Sequence record: ON568341.1
Reading direction: 5' to 3' (one strand)
DNA length: 64,000 bases
Positions 28,322 through 39,149 of the stretch are shown piece after piece. Below the pieces are notes generated by a model that worked only from the letters and a program-made list of their open reading frames with translations, ran no database searches and was not told where the DNA came from. Position 1 is the stretch's first letter. Every line of letters begins with the position of its first letter. The position numbers were made by a program, and so were the translations under genes.

Positions 28322-29734
28322 ATGGCTAAAAGTAAAAAAACAGAAAATCATAACATCGATAACCAAACGCTAACTCTACTAGATTATAACAGTTCTGATT
28401 ATGTGAATACCACATCATTAGAGTATTCAATGTATACACTAGACCGTGCAATTCCTGGTATTGACGGTCTAAAGAGTTCACAACGAAAAGCAATTTTCAC
28501 ATTATCTAAAATCAGTGGTGAAATTAAAACAGTATCATGTGCTGGTAAAATGATCAGTGATGGTATCTATCTTCATGGGGATATATCTGCATCAGGAACA
28601 CTTCAGAACTTGGCATCACCAGTAGCCAATAATTATCCACTAATAGGTAAACGTGGTGGATTTGGAACACAAGTAAACAGCACACCAGCTTCTGCTCGTT
28701 ATACGTATGTAAAGAAGAATAAGAGTACTGAAATGCTCGTTTTACGTGATGTAGATATTATTCCAATGAAAGAAAACTATGATGGGACAACATACGAGCC
28801 TGTTCACTTCTTACCTATTATTCCATTATCATTATTTGGCAATGATAGTATGTCAGTTGGGTATAAAAGTACAATTCTACCACATAAAATTGAAGATATT
28901 ATTGATAATTGTATTCGTGCTATTGATAAAAAACCACTAAAAGAAATGACACCATACTATGTGTCATGTGGTGCAAGTGATGTAGTAACAAAACTTGATG
29001 AAAATAAGTACGAGTTTTATGGTAAAGCACAAGTTATTGATGCCAGTACTGTTAAGGTGACAGGTTTACCACCAAATTATAGTATTGAGAAGTTCATTGA
29101 GAAGCTCATTAAAATGAGCGATGATGGGGAGATACGTGACTATGATAATAACAGTACTGATGTAATTGATATTACCATTAAATTACCACGTGGAACATCA
29201 GCCAAATGGACAGAGAAAGATGTTATTGATTATTTTGGAATTAACAAAAAGATCACACAACATTTAACTGTTCTTGGTGAAAATGGTAAAGTGAAAGTTT
29301 ACGATACAACAATGGATTTGATTAAAGACTTCGTGAATTTCCGTTTCAAATATTACATCAAGCGTTATGAAAAGAAACTTGATGATTGTGCTGCTGAAGT
29401 TCGTTATAAAATTCTAATTAAAGAATGTTTCGATAATGATATGATTGCTAAGGTAAAAGGATTTGCCAACCGTGCTGAAATGGTTGAATTTGTTAAATCG
29501 TTAAATGCCGAAATTGAAGCAACAGAAGATAATATTCAAAGTATTGTAAACTTCCCTTCATATCGTTGGACACAAGATAATTATCAATCAGTTCTACAAG
29601 ATATTCAGGATAATCTTGATTTGATGGATAAGTACAATGAACTGCTATCTAATCATGACCTCATTTGGGACATTTACAAATCTGAACTCAAAGAACTAAA
29701 AAAGACTGACTTTACTCCTAAATCAGACAATTGA
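28322..29734 (+). CDS. type II DNA topoisomerase breakage-reunion subunit (T4 gp52/GyrA-like)
   Basis: RAIPGIDGLKSSQRK, YLHGD, active-site PASARY. Confidence 0.93.
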   Translation: MAKSKKTENHNIDNQTLTLLDYNSSDYVNTTSLEYSMYTLDRAIPGIDGLKSSQRKAIFTLSKISGEIKTVSCAGKMISDGIYLHGDISASGTLQNLASPVANNYPLIGKRGGFGTQVNSTPASARYTYVKKNKSTEMLVLRDVDIIPMKENYDGTTYEPVHFLPIIPLSLFGNDSMSVGYKSTILPHKIEDIIDNCIRAIDKKPLKEMTPYYVSCGASDVVTKLDENKYEFYGKAQVIDASTVKVTGLPPNYSIEKFIEKLIKMSDDGEIRDYDNNSTDVIDITIKLPRGTSAKWTEKDVIDYFGINKKITQHLTVLGENGKVKVYDTTMDLIKDFVNFRFKYYIKRYEKKLDDCAAEVRYKILIKECFDNDMIAKVKGFANRAEMVEFVKSLNAEIEATEDNIQSIVNFPSYRWTQDNYQSVLQDIQDNLDLMDKYNELLSNHDLIWDIYKSELKELKKTDFTPKSDN

Positions 29735-29774
29735 TATATTAATGGAAGACCTTACTGGTCTTCCTTGTCCTTTA

Positions 29775-29782
29775 TATAAATA
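29775..29782 (+). promoter_or_regulatory. T4-type late promoter TATAAATA
   Basis: Exact T4 late consensus, after a hairpin (29744-64) and before a large structural-type gene. Confidence 0.6.
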
Positions 29783-29820
29783 ATCTATAGATAATAGTAG
29801 CTTGGCTATGGAGAATTACA

Positions 29821-32214
29821 ATGACAACTTTTACCCCACGCTGGGACATAAAAGCCGATGCTCGATATATACAAGAAGGACAAGACATTCTTGTGCGTTT
29901 GAGTATCAATAAAAAAAGCACAACGGATGATAGATATGTATTAAATGAAGAAGAATACTTAGAGATGATTCTTAATATACAATGCTTGGATAGTTCAGGT
30001 ACTGTATTTGATCCAGAACCACATTATACTTTTTATGTTGGTAATGATGAAAATAGTTTTGTTCCGATTTCCGATGGGACCACTGGTAATACATTAGTAA
30101 ATGGTAAGCATAAGTGTAAAATTAGTAAAAAAGAATTTAACTTATCAGCAAACACTAACAGTGAAGATGTATATTTTATAAAAATCCACTGTAAAAATGA
30201 TGGAACCTATAACAATACAGAAGTTATTAATTTTTATTTACAAGCAGTAAATGTTATGTATTATGGTAATATCTCACCAAGTGGAGTATTAGGTTCAACC
30301 GATGTTGCAGTAACATACGATAGTCAGGAAGTTTGGGTTACGCCTGGTGTTGAAATTGGTGATGATAATAAGCTTTATTGTATTGGTGATGTTGAATATG
30401 GTTCAAACAGCACACTATTTGTACAAGGATTTGGTAGAAGGCGACCTTTTATATTAGGCACAGACATTACTGATGATATTACACCACGTGTCTTTTTTCC
30501 TGCTTATAGATTGCTTGATATGGATATATCAGAAGTTCCTCAGAAACATATAACAAAGGATTATGCTGTATTCAAGCCATCACAATCAACATGGCCTATT
30601 TCTGGTATAAACAAAGAAGTAAAAGTTAACATTCAAAATAAGAATGGAAGTCTCATTGATACAGGTATGATTTTTAACCCCAATGGACAATTACTTCAAA
30701 CATTTTTGTATGACTCTGATGCATGTGATGCATATTTTAAAGTTGAGATCGTTGATATATTAAGCACATATTTAGAGGAAAGTGAAAGGTTTGCAATCAA
30801 TCAACGATATAAAGCATATCAAATGTGGGTATGTCCTGAAGATATAGATACTATCTATTCTGTCTCAGACAAACCATTACCCAATCATTTATATCAATTA
30901 AAAGATAATGTTGTGTATCCATATGTAATTAGTGGTGAATATGACAAAGGCTCACTTAAACCTGTATATGATAGTAGTGATTGGATAGATTTGGGCTATT
31001 ATGACCCTTCTCTTGGTGAGAATATCATTGGTATGCAAAAAGTATTCAGGGTATTGGTTAACGCCGAAGAAGGAAATAACATAAACTTTACCACTGATAG
31101 TGACTTAGGAATAATTCATGTCGGTGAATATTTTGGTAATAGCACTTATCCTAAACTAGAAACTGATAGTACAAGTCAGGTTTCTTATATGTTAGATGGT
31201 GGTGATGATATCAGAAAATACGGAATTGACTTGACACCGGATGGGTATCTTATTGGAACCGCATATGCAAAAAGTATTGATTTTAGTCAAAATGATGATA
31301 TTAAACTATCATTTTACGTTAAAGTATTCAGTACTGAAGGTGGTGAAGCAAGGAAATTATTCAACCTTAAAATAGTGAGAGGATTTGGACAGAATTATTT
31401 GAGTGCACATGTATTGCCTTCTGTTGCATTTGAGCGAGAGTGGTTTAAATGTATTAGTACTTCATCATTCACAAACCAACTATTTTTCCGTCAATCTGAT
31501 AATAGATATGGTCTTCAAAAAGTACCGAAGATGTTATTAAAAGAAAACTTCCTAAGCCAAACTTATCCATATACAAATCTTTCTGATATTAAAAAAGTAT
31601 TACGAAAGAGTATAGTTAATTCAAATGGAACTACGATTCCTAATGGAAAATTTAAAATGGTTATGGGTAATTATAAATTATTATCAGTACTTGACAATCA
31701 AGGCAATTTGCAATATGATTTATTATACAGAGAAGTTTTGCCAGAAGGTTCATTAGTATCAGTATCAAAAAATCCTCGTCAGTATACACAAATAGATAAC
31801 GGACAACTTGGTGAATTGTTTGGCCTACGTCAAAACATATTTCAAGCTATTGGCGAAGATACTACCAACTTGGTCAAAGATCCAACAGATTTACAAAACC
31901 GTGGTCTATATGTTGATGCAATACCAAGTGTAAGTGAAGAAATGCTCGACACTGTTCCTAGGTTCATGAATCATCCATATATTGAAAATGGATTACAGAA
32001 AAAATTCATGCCTATAATTCCAGTTGCTTTTTGTCAACCGGGAAAAGGTGAAGCGTTTTTCAACACTTTACTCCAGAATAATGAACATGGTACAATGGTA
32101 GGTCTAGAATTTGAAATCACATCAGTTGAATTCGGATACTTTTCACATGAATCAGTTAATTATGTGCCTGATACATTTGTGATTACCCTACCAAACAATA
32201 ACATAGGAGGTTGA
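29821..32214 (+). CDS. large virion structural protein (baseplate-wedge-like)
   Basis: 797 aa, beta-rich, late promoter upstream; baseplate assignment is a recollection of similar jumbo-phage proteins only. Confidence 0.5.
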   Translation: MTTFTPRWDIKADARYIQEGQDILVRLSINKKSTTDDRYVLNEEEYLEMILNIQCLDSSGTVFDPEPHYTFYVGNDENSFVPISDGTTGNTLVNGKHKCKISKKEFNLSANTNSEDVYFIKIHCKNDGTYNNTEVINFYLQAVNVMYYGNISPSGVLGSTDVAVTYDSQEVWVTPGVEIGDDNKLYCIGDVEYGSNSTLFVQGFGRRRPFILGTDITDDITPRVFFPAYRLLDMDISEVPQKHITKDYAVFKPSQSTWPISGINKEVKVNIQNKNGSLIDTGMIFNPNGQLLQTFLYDSDACDAYFKVEIVDILSTYLEESERFAINQRYKAYQMWVCPEDIDTIYSVSDKPLPNHLYQLKDNVVYPYVISGEYDKGSLKPVYDSSDWIDLGYYDPSLGENIIGMQKVFRVLVNAEEGNNINFTTDSDLGIIHVGEYFGNSTYPKLETDSTSQVSYMLDGGDDIRKYGIDLTPDGYLIGTAYAKSIDFSQNDDIKLSFYVKVFSTEGGEARKLFNLKIVRGFGQNYLSAHVLPSVAFEREWFKCISTSSFTNQLFFRQSDNRYGLQKVPKMLLKENFLSQTYPYTNLSDIKKVLRKSIVNSNGTTIPNGKFKMVMGNYKLLSVLDNQGNLQYDLLYREVLPEGSLVSVSKNPRQYTQIDNGQLGELFGLRQNIFQAIGEDTTNLVKDPTDLQNRGLYVDAIPSVSEEMLDTVPRFMNHPYIENGLQKKFMPIIPVAFCQPGKGEAFFNTLLQNNEHGTMVGLEFEITSVEFGYFSHESVNYVPDTFVITLPNNNIGG

Positions 32215-32215
32215 T

Positions 32216-32527
32216 ATGTTTAATCCTTTCTTTGATCCGTCTGGGATGACCGAAAAGGAACTACAGTTGAAAATTAATGAACAGTCAATGCGTTTAACAT
32301 CAGCACGTGCTGCTGGGATGAGCAATATGATTATTGGTAATATGCAAACTGTGTTAAATCAATGTTATGCTGAACTAGAACTTCGTCAAGGACAAAAAGA
32401 GAAAAATGTTTACGATGATGAAGGTCCATGTATATTTGACATGGATTCCTATCTAACAGATAATGAAGAGGCCCAGAAGAAGAAAAATGAAAGTACAAGG
32501 AAACAGATTTATAAGTCCCAATGGTGA
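32216..32527 (+). CDS. hypothetical protein
   Basis: GGAGG RBS, 103 aa. Confidence 0.7.
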   Translation: MFNPFFDPSGMTEKELQLKINEQSMRLTSARAAGMSNMIIGNMQTVLNQCYAELELRQGQKEKNVYDDEGPCIFDMDSYLTDNEEAQKKKNESTRKQIYKSQW

Positions 32528-33005
32528 TGTGAAATGTAATCTCAATGCAGTTGTTTATGCAATCAATTGTGGTGTAGATATCCAGTACTTACAATTACAG
32601 GAAATTGATGAACCTGAAAGGTTAAAATTTAATGATAACTGTAAAAAATTTGGCTTAGAACAACGTATGCTGGATTATACGATAGAACATGATAAAAATC
32701 ATGAACTTTGGCGTTATGATCCAGTGTATGATAATATAAATCTTCGTGATTATTTTTTAGAAAAATGTACTTCAGATGAAGCACGAAAACGTGTTGAATA
32801 TGAACTTGATTTATATGAATATTATAATATGACAAAGCTATTGAGGTGTATGATATGGCTAGTCGATTATATGGAAGAAAATAAGATCTTTTGGGGTCTT
32901 GGGCGTGGAAGCTCTGTTGCATCGTATTGTTTGTTTTTGATTGGTCTACATATGGTAGATTCATTGAAATATGAACTTGATGTTAATGAATTTTTGAAAT
33001 GGTAG
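32487..33005 (+). CDS. stand-alone fragment of DNA polymerase III alpha (DnaE), without catalytic aspartates
   Basis: RVEYELDLY...WGLGRGSSVASYCLFLIGLHMVDSLKYELDVNEFL matches DnaE GPGRGSAAGSLVAYAL.ITDLDPL.FDLLFERFL. Confidence 0.75.
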   Translation: MKVQGNRFISPNGDVKCNLNAVVYAINCGVDIQYLQLQEIDEPERLKFNDNCKKFGLEQRMLDYTIEHDKNHELWRYDPVYDNINLRDYFLEKCTSDEARKRVEYELDLYEYYNMTKLLRCMIWLVDYMEENKIFWGLGRGSSVASYCLFLIGLHMVDSLKYELDVNEFLKW

Positions 33006-33071
33006 AAAAACATGTGATATAATGTTTGTTACAGAAGCATTATATCACACATACAATAAAAGGATTTTTAT

Positions 33072-33416
33072 ATGTCTAAACACACAACTTATCGTGGTAC
33101 AACTATTGATATGGATATGCTCAAGTACCAAAACCAATACCAAGTTGCATTAGGTAACGCAAACCTAAATGCACGCGGTGACAAAATTGGTTCCGGTGGT
33201 ACAATTGTTAAAACTCGTGAAGAGTTACTACAAGAAAAAGAACGAGAAATGCAAATTCCTGATTATATTCCTGAGCATCAACTTCATAGTACTGAGCATA
33301 GTACTGAAGATGTATGGGATGATGAAAGTTTTGAAGTTAAGCCTGAAGAACAAGAAGCTAAGGTTTCCGAAGAGAAGAAAGCACCACGTCGAGCTAGAAC
33401 CAAAGATCAGGAGTAA
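33072..33416 (+). CDS. hypothetical protein
   Basis: AAGGA RBS; extended -10 promoter TGATATAAT at 33015-23. Confidence 0.7.
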   Translation: MSKHTTYRGTTIDMDMLKYQNQYQVALGNANLNARGDKIGSGGTIVKTREELLQEKEREMQIPDYIPEHQLHSTEHSTEDVWDDESFEVKPEEQEAKVSEEKKAPRRARTKDQE

Positions 33417-33424
33417 TATATTAA

Positions 33425-33751
33425 ATGACTAAAAAAGTAATGACAGCATGTAAAGGTAAAGTTTTAGTAACTGAACTTGAACATGGTGAACGTAAAACAG
33501 CAGGTGGTATCGTTTTAACAAACGATGATGGTAAAATTCGAGGAATCCGCTCACGATGGGCGAGAGTTTATTCTGTTGGTGAGGACATTACTGATATTAA
33601 AGAAGGGCAATGGATTTTAATCGATCATGGACGATGGTCCAGAACGATTGAAGTTGATGGTATCAAATTGAACTTAGTTGATTACCCTGCTGCTGTTAGT
33701 TTAGTGTCAGATGAAGACCCTCGAACTAAAATGCTAACATTTGGACGTTAA
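33425..33751 (+). CDS. GroES-like co-chaperonin
   Basis: GKVLV...mobile loop KTAGGIVL...VYSVG...IKEGQWIL...IEVDG. Confidence 0.85.
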   Translation: MTKKVMTACKGKVLVTELEHGERKTAGGIVLTNDDGKIRGIRSRWARVYSVGEDITDIKEGQWILIDHGRWSRTIEVDGIKLNLVDYPAAVSLVSDEDPRTKMLTFGR

Positions 33752-33763
33752 TATAATATAATT

Positions 33764-33791
33764 AAAGCTCGGAATAATTTCTGGGCTTTTT
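33764..33791 (+). terminator. intrinsic terminator
   Basis: aaagctcgga...tctgggcttttt. Confidence 0.6.
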
Positions 33792-33794
33792 ATT

Positions 33795-34076
33795 TTGGAC
33801 ACTTTTATGATAACGGATGATGGAAAATTTAGTTTTAAAGATGTAACATTGATATCAAAAAACGGAAGATTCATGTTTGAAGATAGAAAAAATACCAAAT
33901 ATGTGTATGAAGTTTCCCATGATATGTTTAAGGTTTTATTAGTTGCTGCTGCCCAAGCTGAAAGTACTGGGATTAAAAATAAGGCAAATTCTTTTAATTT
34001 TTTATTTAATCAACTAGAAATGACAGAAGACCTTTTTACGGCTTTATTGTACAATTCAGCCGATTGGATTCTATAA
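33795..34076 (+). CDS. hypothetical protein (start uncertain)
   Basis: 93-aa ORF with no clear RBS. Confidence 0.45.
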   Translation: MDTFMITDDGKFSFKDVTLISKNGRFMFEDRKNTKYVYEVSHDMFKVLLVAAAQAESTGIKNKANSFNFLFNQLEMTEDLFTALLYNSADWIL

Positions 34077-34101
34077 ACACGTACACAGAAGGAAATATAA
34101 A

Positions 34102-35055
34102 ATGACCACACTATGGACTGAAAAATATCGCCCACAAACAATGGAAGATTATGTATCAAAGAACGATGCACTACGCCAGAAAATGGAAGAATGGATTAAA
34201 ACTGGTGATATTCCTCATATTGGTTTTTTTGGCCCAGCAGGAACTGGTAAAACATCTGCAATTAAAGTTCTTATTAATGGGTTAGTTCAAAATGGACACC
34301 TAGACCCAAGTGATGTAACGACTCTTAATATGTCAGATGAAGGTATTGATGCGGTACGTGATAAAATCGATGCAGCAGCTAAACTATCATGTTTTGGAAG
34401 ATATCGTATTTTTGTTCTTGAAGAAATGGAGCAGATGAACCATAAAGCACAAGGTAGTTTGAAACGTGTAATGGAGGATTATCATGAAAATGCTCGCTTT
34501 ATTTTAACAAGTAATGAGCCACATAAAATTCAAAAGCCTATCATTTCTCGTGTTCAAGTCATCACTATTGAAAAGCATGACATGGAACAGTTCATGACTA
34601 GAATTTACAATATCCTTCTCGCCGAAGGTGTTGACCTGAGTAGTGATGATAGTGTTGAGCAAGTCCAAAAGTACATCAATGCTTCATATCCTGATTTTCG
34701 TAAAACGTTAAACGTATTGCAAAGTTCTGTTGTTGATGGTAAGCTAGTAAAATTAGAGGATAGTATTGAAAATTCAGCGGGATACCGCACTGCAATCATT
34801 GATGCATTGAAGGCAGGTAATATTCGTCAAATGCGAGAACAGATTGTTCAATCTATTCCTGATGATGAAATGGATGCATTTTTCTCTTACTTATACCGAA
34901 ATGCTGAAATGTTCAGTACTGACGAAATCACGCTGATGAAGATTAAAGTTAAAATTCGTGATGCAGTTGTAAAGCAAGCTACAGTGTCAGATCGTGAAAT
35001 GAATCTCAGTGCTTTGTTGTGTGAGATTGACCTAATTTGTTCGGGGAACATGTAA
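34102..35055 (+). CDS. clamp loader AAA+ subunit (RFC small/T4 gp44-like)
   Basis: LWTEKYRPQ, GPAGTGKT, LNMSD, ILTSN, PIISRV, PDFRKTLNVLQ. Confidence 0.93.
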   Translation: MTTLWTEKYRPQTMEDYVSKNDALRQKMEEWIKTGDIPHIGFFGPAGTGKTSAIKVLINGLVQNGHLDPSDVTTLNMSDEGIDAVRDKIDAAAKLSCFGRYRIFVLEEMEQMNHKAQGSLKRVMEDYHENARFILTSNEPHKIQKPIISRVQVITIEKHDMEQFMTRIYNILLAEGVDLSSDDSVEQVQKYINASYPDFRKTLNVLQSSVVDGKLVKLEDSIENSAGYRTAIIDALKAGNIRQMREQIVQSIPDDEMDAFFSYLYRNAEMFSTDEITLMKIKVKIRDAVVKQATVSDREMNLSALLCEIDLICSGNM

Positions 35056-35684
35056 TGAAGCCACGTTGTATTGTCTTTGATTGTGACGAAGTTCTGTTGG
35101 ATCACATGGGTATGCTTTCTGAGTTTGTAAAACAAACTTATAATATCACACCATCAACAACATACCCATTGAAATATGATTTGTCAGATTGGTTAGGTGT
35201 ATCCCAGTCTGAAGTTAAAAAAATTCTTGAACATTTTAACCAACAATCATATTTGTTTGGATTGTTAAAGCCAGTTGAACCAAATACAGTTGATATTGTT
35301 CAAGAGTTGCGTGACCGTTTTTATAATGAAAAATTTGTAGTTCTAACTAAATGTGGCAAGAAAGGATATGGTGAAGTTTTGCGTAATGTAAATCTTATGC
35401 GTGAATTTGGTGAAAACTGCTTTGATGAGATTATCATTATTGAAATGAATGAATCAAAGAAACAAGCATTAGAAGAGTTACAAAAGAAGTATGATGTGAA
35501 ATTAATGATCGACGATTACATCAATAACATTGAAACTGCAATGGAACTTGGAATCCCTTCTGTTATGATGGGTTCTTCACATAATATTATGTATAAGAAT
35601 AATAGTACTGGATTTGAATATATAGATAACTGGACCGAACTTAGACTTAAAATTTATTCCGTTCTGGGTAAATATTACAAATAA
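35055..35684 (+). CDS. HAD-superfamily 5'(3')-deoxyribonucleotidase-like phosphatase
   Basis: Motif I DCDEVLLD, motif IV LMIDD. Confidence 0.8.
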   Translation: MKPRCIVFDCDEVLLDHMGMLSEFVKQTYNITPSTTYPLKYDLSDWLGVSQSEVKKILEHFNQQSYLFGLLKPVEPNTVDIVQELRDRFYNEKFVVLTKCGKKGYGEVLRNVNLMREFGENCFDEIIIIEMNESKKQALEELQKKYDVKLMIDDYINNIETAMELGIPSVMMGSSHNIMYKNNSTGFEYIDNWTELRLKIYSVLGKYYK

Positions 35685-35696
35685 AACTTTTAAATT

Positions 35697-35719
35697 GGGG
35701 TTTGTTTCAAACCCCTTTT
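35697..35719 (+). terminator. intrinsic terminator
   Basis: ggggtttg-ttt-caaacccc tttt. Confidence 0.7.
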
Positions 35720-35780
35720 GTTGTATTTTAAAAGTAGTAAATAGTATTATATGTGCTAGTTTTTAAGGATAATATAGAAT

Positions 35781-36344
35781 ATGGAAGATTTAGATTATAC
35801 AGATAATGCTATTCAGCAGTTGTATGATAATAGTGGTATGTTAGATATACTTCTTGCTGTTGAGAAATATTTCGATGATAATGATTTATATGCATATAAA
35901 GGTATCATCGAGGGAGAATTAGTTGAAGGTCCAATTGTAAGTAAATATTGGTGTACTGTTACATTTAAATACTATCGTGAAAATTTTCCAGATCCTACAG
36001 CATTCTCCATTTTGGAGAAACATGGTACTAAAGTATATGTCAAAGCTGATTATGAAATAACACCAATACAAGAACCAAATCGCCAAGCTGACATGAAAAG
36101 CGTAGCGACACAATCTGGTTCTGTGCGTATTCCAAAAAATGAAAGAATTCCAGTACTGTTGGTTAGAGTTCAAATTCCAAGAAACTTAATTAATCCAGAA
36201 AGTTTTGATGAATATAAACTTATGGCATCCGAATTTAATAGTAATCCTATGAATTCTCCCGAAAATACCGAAGAACCAGTCACTGGTGGTGATGTTGATT
36301 TGGATGTCGATGTAAATGATGATATGCAAGAAGGTGGAATGTAA
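35781..36344 (+). CDS. hypothetical protein (late)
   Basis: 187 aa, AAGGA RBS, GTAAATA upstream. Confidence 0.65.
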   Translation: MEDLDYTDNAIQQLYDNSGMLDILLAVEKYFDDNDLYAYKGIIEGELVEGPIVSKYWCTVTFKYYRENFPDPTAFSILEKHGTKVYVKADYEITPIQEPNRQADMKSVATQSGSVRIPKNERIPVLLVRVQIPRNLINPESFDEYKLMASEFNSNPMNSPENTEEPVTGGDVDLDVDVNDDMQEGGM

Positions 36345-37024
36345 TGAAAAAGAAATTAAATGAACAGGGATTACGCCCACAGGTTCTTAAAGACTTGATT
36401 CATCCTATTATTAGTGTTGATGAATATACTCCTAAAATTGAGGATAGTAATATTGTTATTATGTTCCAAGTTCTAAATAATTTTGATGCCGCATACGATT
36501 TATCTTCTTTTATTGAAAAATCACCAATTGATGCAATCGATACAGAAGCAGCAGAAACTCCTAATTTGGACGGTCGATATCAAGTTTATGTTGAAATGGA
36601 ACGCAATGCGGAGTTCCCTGAAAAACTATTACGTTTAATCAAAACCATTGAAAACATTTGTCCAGACCCTGGTTGGAAAATCCAACTATATGGTGTTAAT
36701 GATCCCATTGATGTTGATTTTGACGAAATACAGCAGAGAATTGATTTAGGTATTCCGAGTACAATTAGTGAGTTTCTTGACTATGCAGGAGTTTCTGCAA
36801 TTAAAGAAGGTAATATGTTGACACTAAAAACTGCATATGGTAAATTACATTATAGTTCTGGAAGTGGGTTTGTTTCGGAAACATATGTTAAAAAGTTATT
36901 AAAAAGTGATACACAATTGGATACATCACGTCTAAGTTCTATTTTAGGTGAAAGTTATACAGTTCTACGTAGTGGTGATCAATATGTGATTGGGAGAAAT
37001 GGGAAGTATTTGGTGTTGCGATGA
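36344..37024 (+). CDS. hypothetical protein (possible head-associated)
   Basis: 226 aa; N-terminus MKKKLNEQ. Confidence 0.65.
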   Translation: MKKKLNEQGLRPQVLKDLIHPIISVDEYTPKIEDSNIVIMFQVLNNFDAAYDLSSFIEKSPIDAIDTEAAETPNLDGRYQVYVEMERNAEFPEKLLRLIKTIENICPDPGWKIQLYGVNDPIDVDFDEIQQRIDLGIPSTISEFLDYAGVSAIKEGNMLTLKTAYGKLHYSSGSGFVSETYVKKLLKSDTQLDTSRLSSILGESYTVLRSGDQYVIGRNGKYLVLR

Positions 37025-37839
37025 GAATTTTAAATATGCTTAAATCTCTTCACGAAACAACGAAATTACATCATGATGAAAAATATCGTCGCAGTCTTAC
37101 AAAAGATTTAGCATGTCGAATGTATATGCGTAGATTCGAAATTTCTAGAATTGGCAAAGGGTGGGACGATGTAAATCGTGAAGATATTGATCCAGATGCA
37201 ATTTTTAAAGCATACATGGCTAGAAAAGTTTTCATAAATGAAAAAACTTTTTATATTGATAGTGATAGAGAATTAGAAAATAAATTTACAAAAGGTTTAT
37301 GGAAGATATGGTGTGTTGAAGTATTCGGTGAAGTATTACCTGAGCCACCTGTTCCAGAAACTTATAAAGATTTAAAAATTATTTTTGATAATGAACATAT
37401 ACATTCAAATTTTTCATTATATGATACTGTATCAGAAGCTGTATTTTATGGTGAGTTACATGGACATAACAAATACTTTAATAGTATGGTGAGTTTTGAT
37501 TTGTTTTGTCACTTACCTGGTGTATCAAGTTGGACTTGTGATCAATACAGAGCAAGTAAGTATGATAAGCGAAAATTCTCAGCACAAAGATTTATGCAAG
37601 TTGCTATGAGTATGTACAAGCTTGATTATCTAGGTTGTCCAGAGCCATATAAACATTTTTGGAAAGAAAGAGCACAAAAATGTTTAAACTATTGTATAAT
37701 TCGTTTAATGAACACATACATTCTTAAGTTTAGAAATGCAACTGTATACGACATGCCTGAACCACCAAAGAATGAAAAATATCCTCCAGTCAAAACATTT
37801 GTATGGTACAAGGATAAAAGTAACAAAAGGATGCACTAA
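37021..37839 (+). CDS. hypothetical protein
   Basis: 272 aa, ATGA overlap. Confidence 0.65.
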   Translation: MRILNMLKSLHETTKLHHDEKYRRSLTKDLACRMYMRRFEISRIGKGWDDVNREDIDPDAIFKAYMARKVFINEKTFYIDSDRELENKFTKGLWKIWCVEVFGEVLPEPPVPETYKDLKIIFDNEHIHSNFSLYDTVSEAVFYGELHGHNKYFNSMVSFDLFCHLPGVSSWTCDQYRASKYDKRKFSAQRFMQVAMSMYKLDYLGCPEPYKHFWKERAQKCLNYCIIRLMNTYILKFRNATVYDMPEPPKNEKYPPVKTFVWYKDKSNKRMH

Positions 37840-37866
37840 GGTGTGTCCTTTTTTTCTTTTTAGGTG

Positions 37867-37895
37867 TTGACATGTGTAGTGGAAGGATGTACAAT
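37867..37895 (+). promoter_or_regulatory. sigma70 early promoter
   Basis: TTGACA-17-TACAAT with TG extension. Confidence 0.75.
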
Positions 37896-37936
37896 AACTA
37901 TATCGAGTGCATTTTAATTGATTATGAGGTTTTATA

Positions 37937-39064
37937 ATGAAAGGTAAATATTTTTTCATTGAAAATGGGAAAGAAGTTGAGATTCAAGAATTTAACTATA
38001 ATTATGTACTGAATTCTTTATTGAAACAATATGACCGTTCATCAAACAAAAAATACATTTACAACGTGATAGTTCGTCGTACATATGACTCATTGGGTAA
38101 TCCGTCATTTGATGTAAAAACATTGGCATTGGATGAAATCTATTTTGATAATAAACGATTAAAAGTTCTTGATTTAATGAAGGATAAAATTCATTTTAGT
38201 AATGTTAAAATTGATCCGAACATGCCAGTACCGCCACTAGAGCGTGAATATCGTGAATGGAAAGAAGGTCGTTCTAAACCACGTTTAGATATGGTACAAA
38301 CATCACCAAATGTACCTGCACCTATTGTTCTTAAGAAAAAACCTATCAAACCAGACGATAGCAGAATTGCTGACATTGAAAAATGGGTTGAATTCCCTAG
38401 TAATATTGAAAAGAATTCAGTAAAAGTACTAGACTGGTTTGTAAACTTACCAGTTTGTGCACAAGAAATTGGAACTAAGATTCAACAAATTTCAGAACGT
38501 CAATTGGATCTTAATTCAGCATTACAACAGCATAGTGATTATATCCGAATGCTTATGAATAATCTTACAGTTGCTTTGGAGTCTTTGTTTCCATTGAAGC
38601 CAACTTTTACGCAAAAATTGTTTGGTAAAACTGATATCAAAGTACAGCCATCAGATTTACCAAAAGTAATGAAAGCACTAAATGATGCAGTTAAGTATGA
38701 CACTAATAAGTTTAGTGGTCTTAGTACTATGTTTTCAGAACTAAGAAACGAAGTTCATGTAATCAAAAATGAACTTGAATATGGAAAGTTGGGGTGTGAA
38801 TATGCACTACGTCGTGTGGATGATGCGTTTGAATATGAATTAACGTTAGAACGTATTATGAAAATGGGAATCACTACATCCATGACTGAAACGAGCATTA
38901 TTGCAACAAGTAAGCAATATCAAGTTGATATGAATCGTATGGTAGATATTCAAACGATTACTATCCCTTTGATTATCAATCGTTTACAATCACAGACAGG
39001 TAAAGCAGTAGATGAGGATACTGTAGAAATTATTCGTAATCTGGCATATGGTAACAAAGAGTAA
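37937..39064 (+). CDS. diverged TelA-like coiled-coil protein with extra N-terminal domain
   Basis: Helical C-terminal two-thirds, FTQKLFGK resembling the TelA GRIKKFF region; adjacent to TelA. Confidence 0.45.
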   Translation: MKGKYFFIENGKEVEIQEFNYNYVLNSLLKQYDRSSNKKYIYNVIVRRTYDSLGNPSFDVKTLALDEIYFDNKRLKVLDLMKDKIHFSNVKIDPNMPVPPLEREYREWKEGRSKPRLDMVQTSPNVPAPIVLKKKPIKPDDSRIADIEKWVEFPSNIEKNSVKVLDWFVNLPVCAQEIGTKIQQISERQLDLNSALQQHSDYIRMLMNNLTVALESLFPLKPTFTQKLFGKTDIKVQPSDLPKVMKALNDAVKYDTNKFSGLSTMFSELRNEVHVIKNELEYGKLGCEYALRRVDDAFEYELTLERIMKMGITTSMTETSIIATSKQYQVDMNRMVDIQTITIPLIINRLQSQTGKAVDEDTVEIIRNLAYGNKE

Positions 39065-39072
39065 AAAAATAC

Positions 39073-39101
39073 TTGACTAGCATCTGTGCTGCACGTATAA
39101 T
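39073..39101 (+). promoter_or_regulatory. sigma70 early promoter
   Basis: TTGACT-17-TATAAT. Confidence 0.8.
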
Positions 39102-39149
39102 GTTTATCACAAAGCAGCACATCATATTAAATTACACGAGGAATACTAA

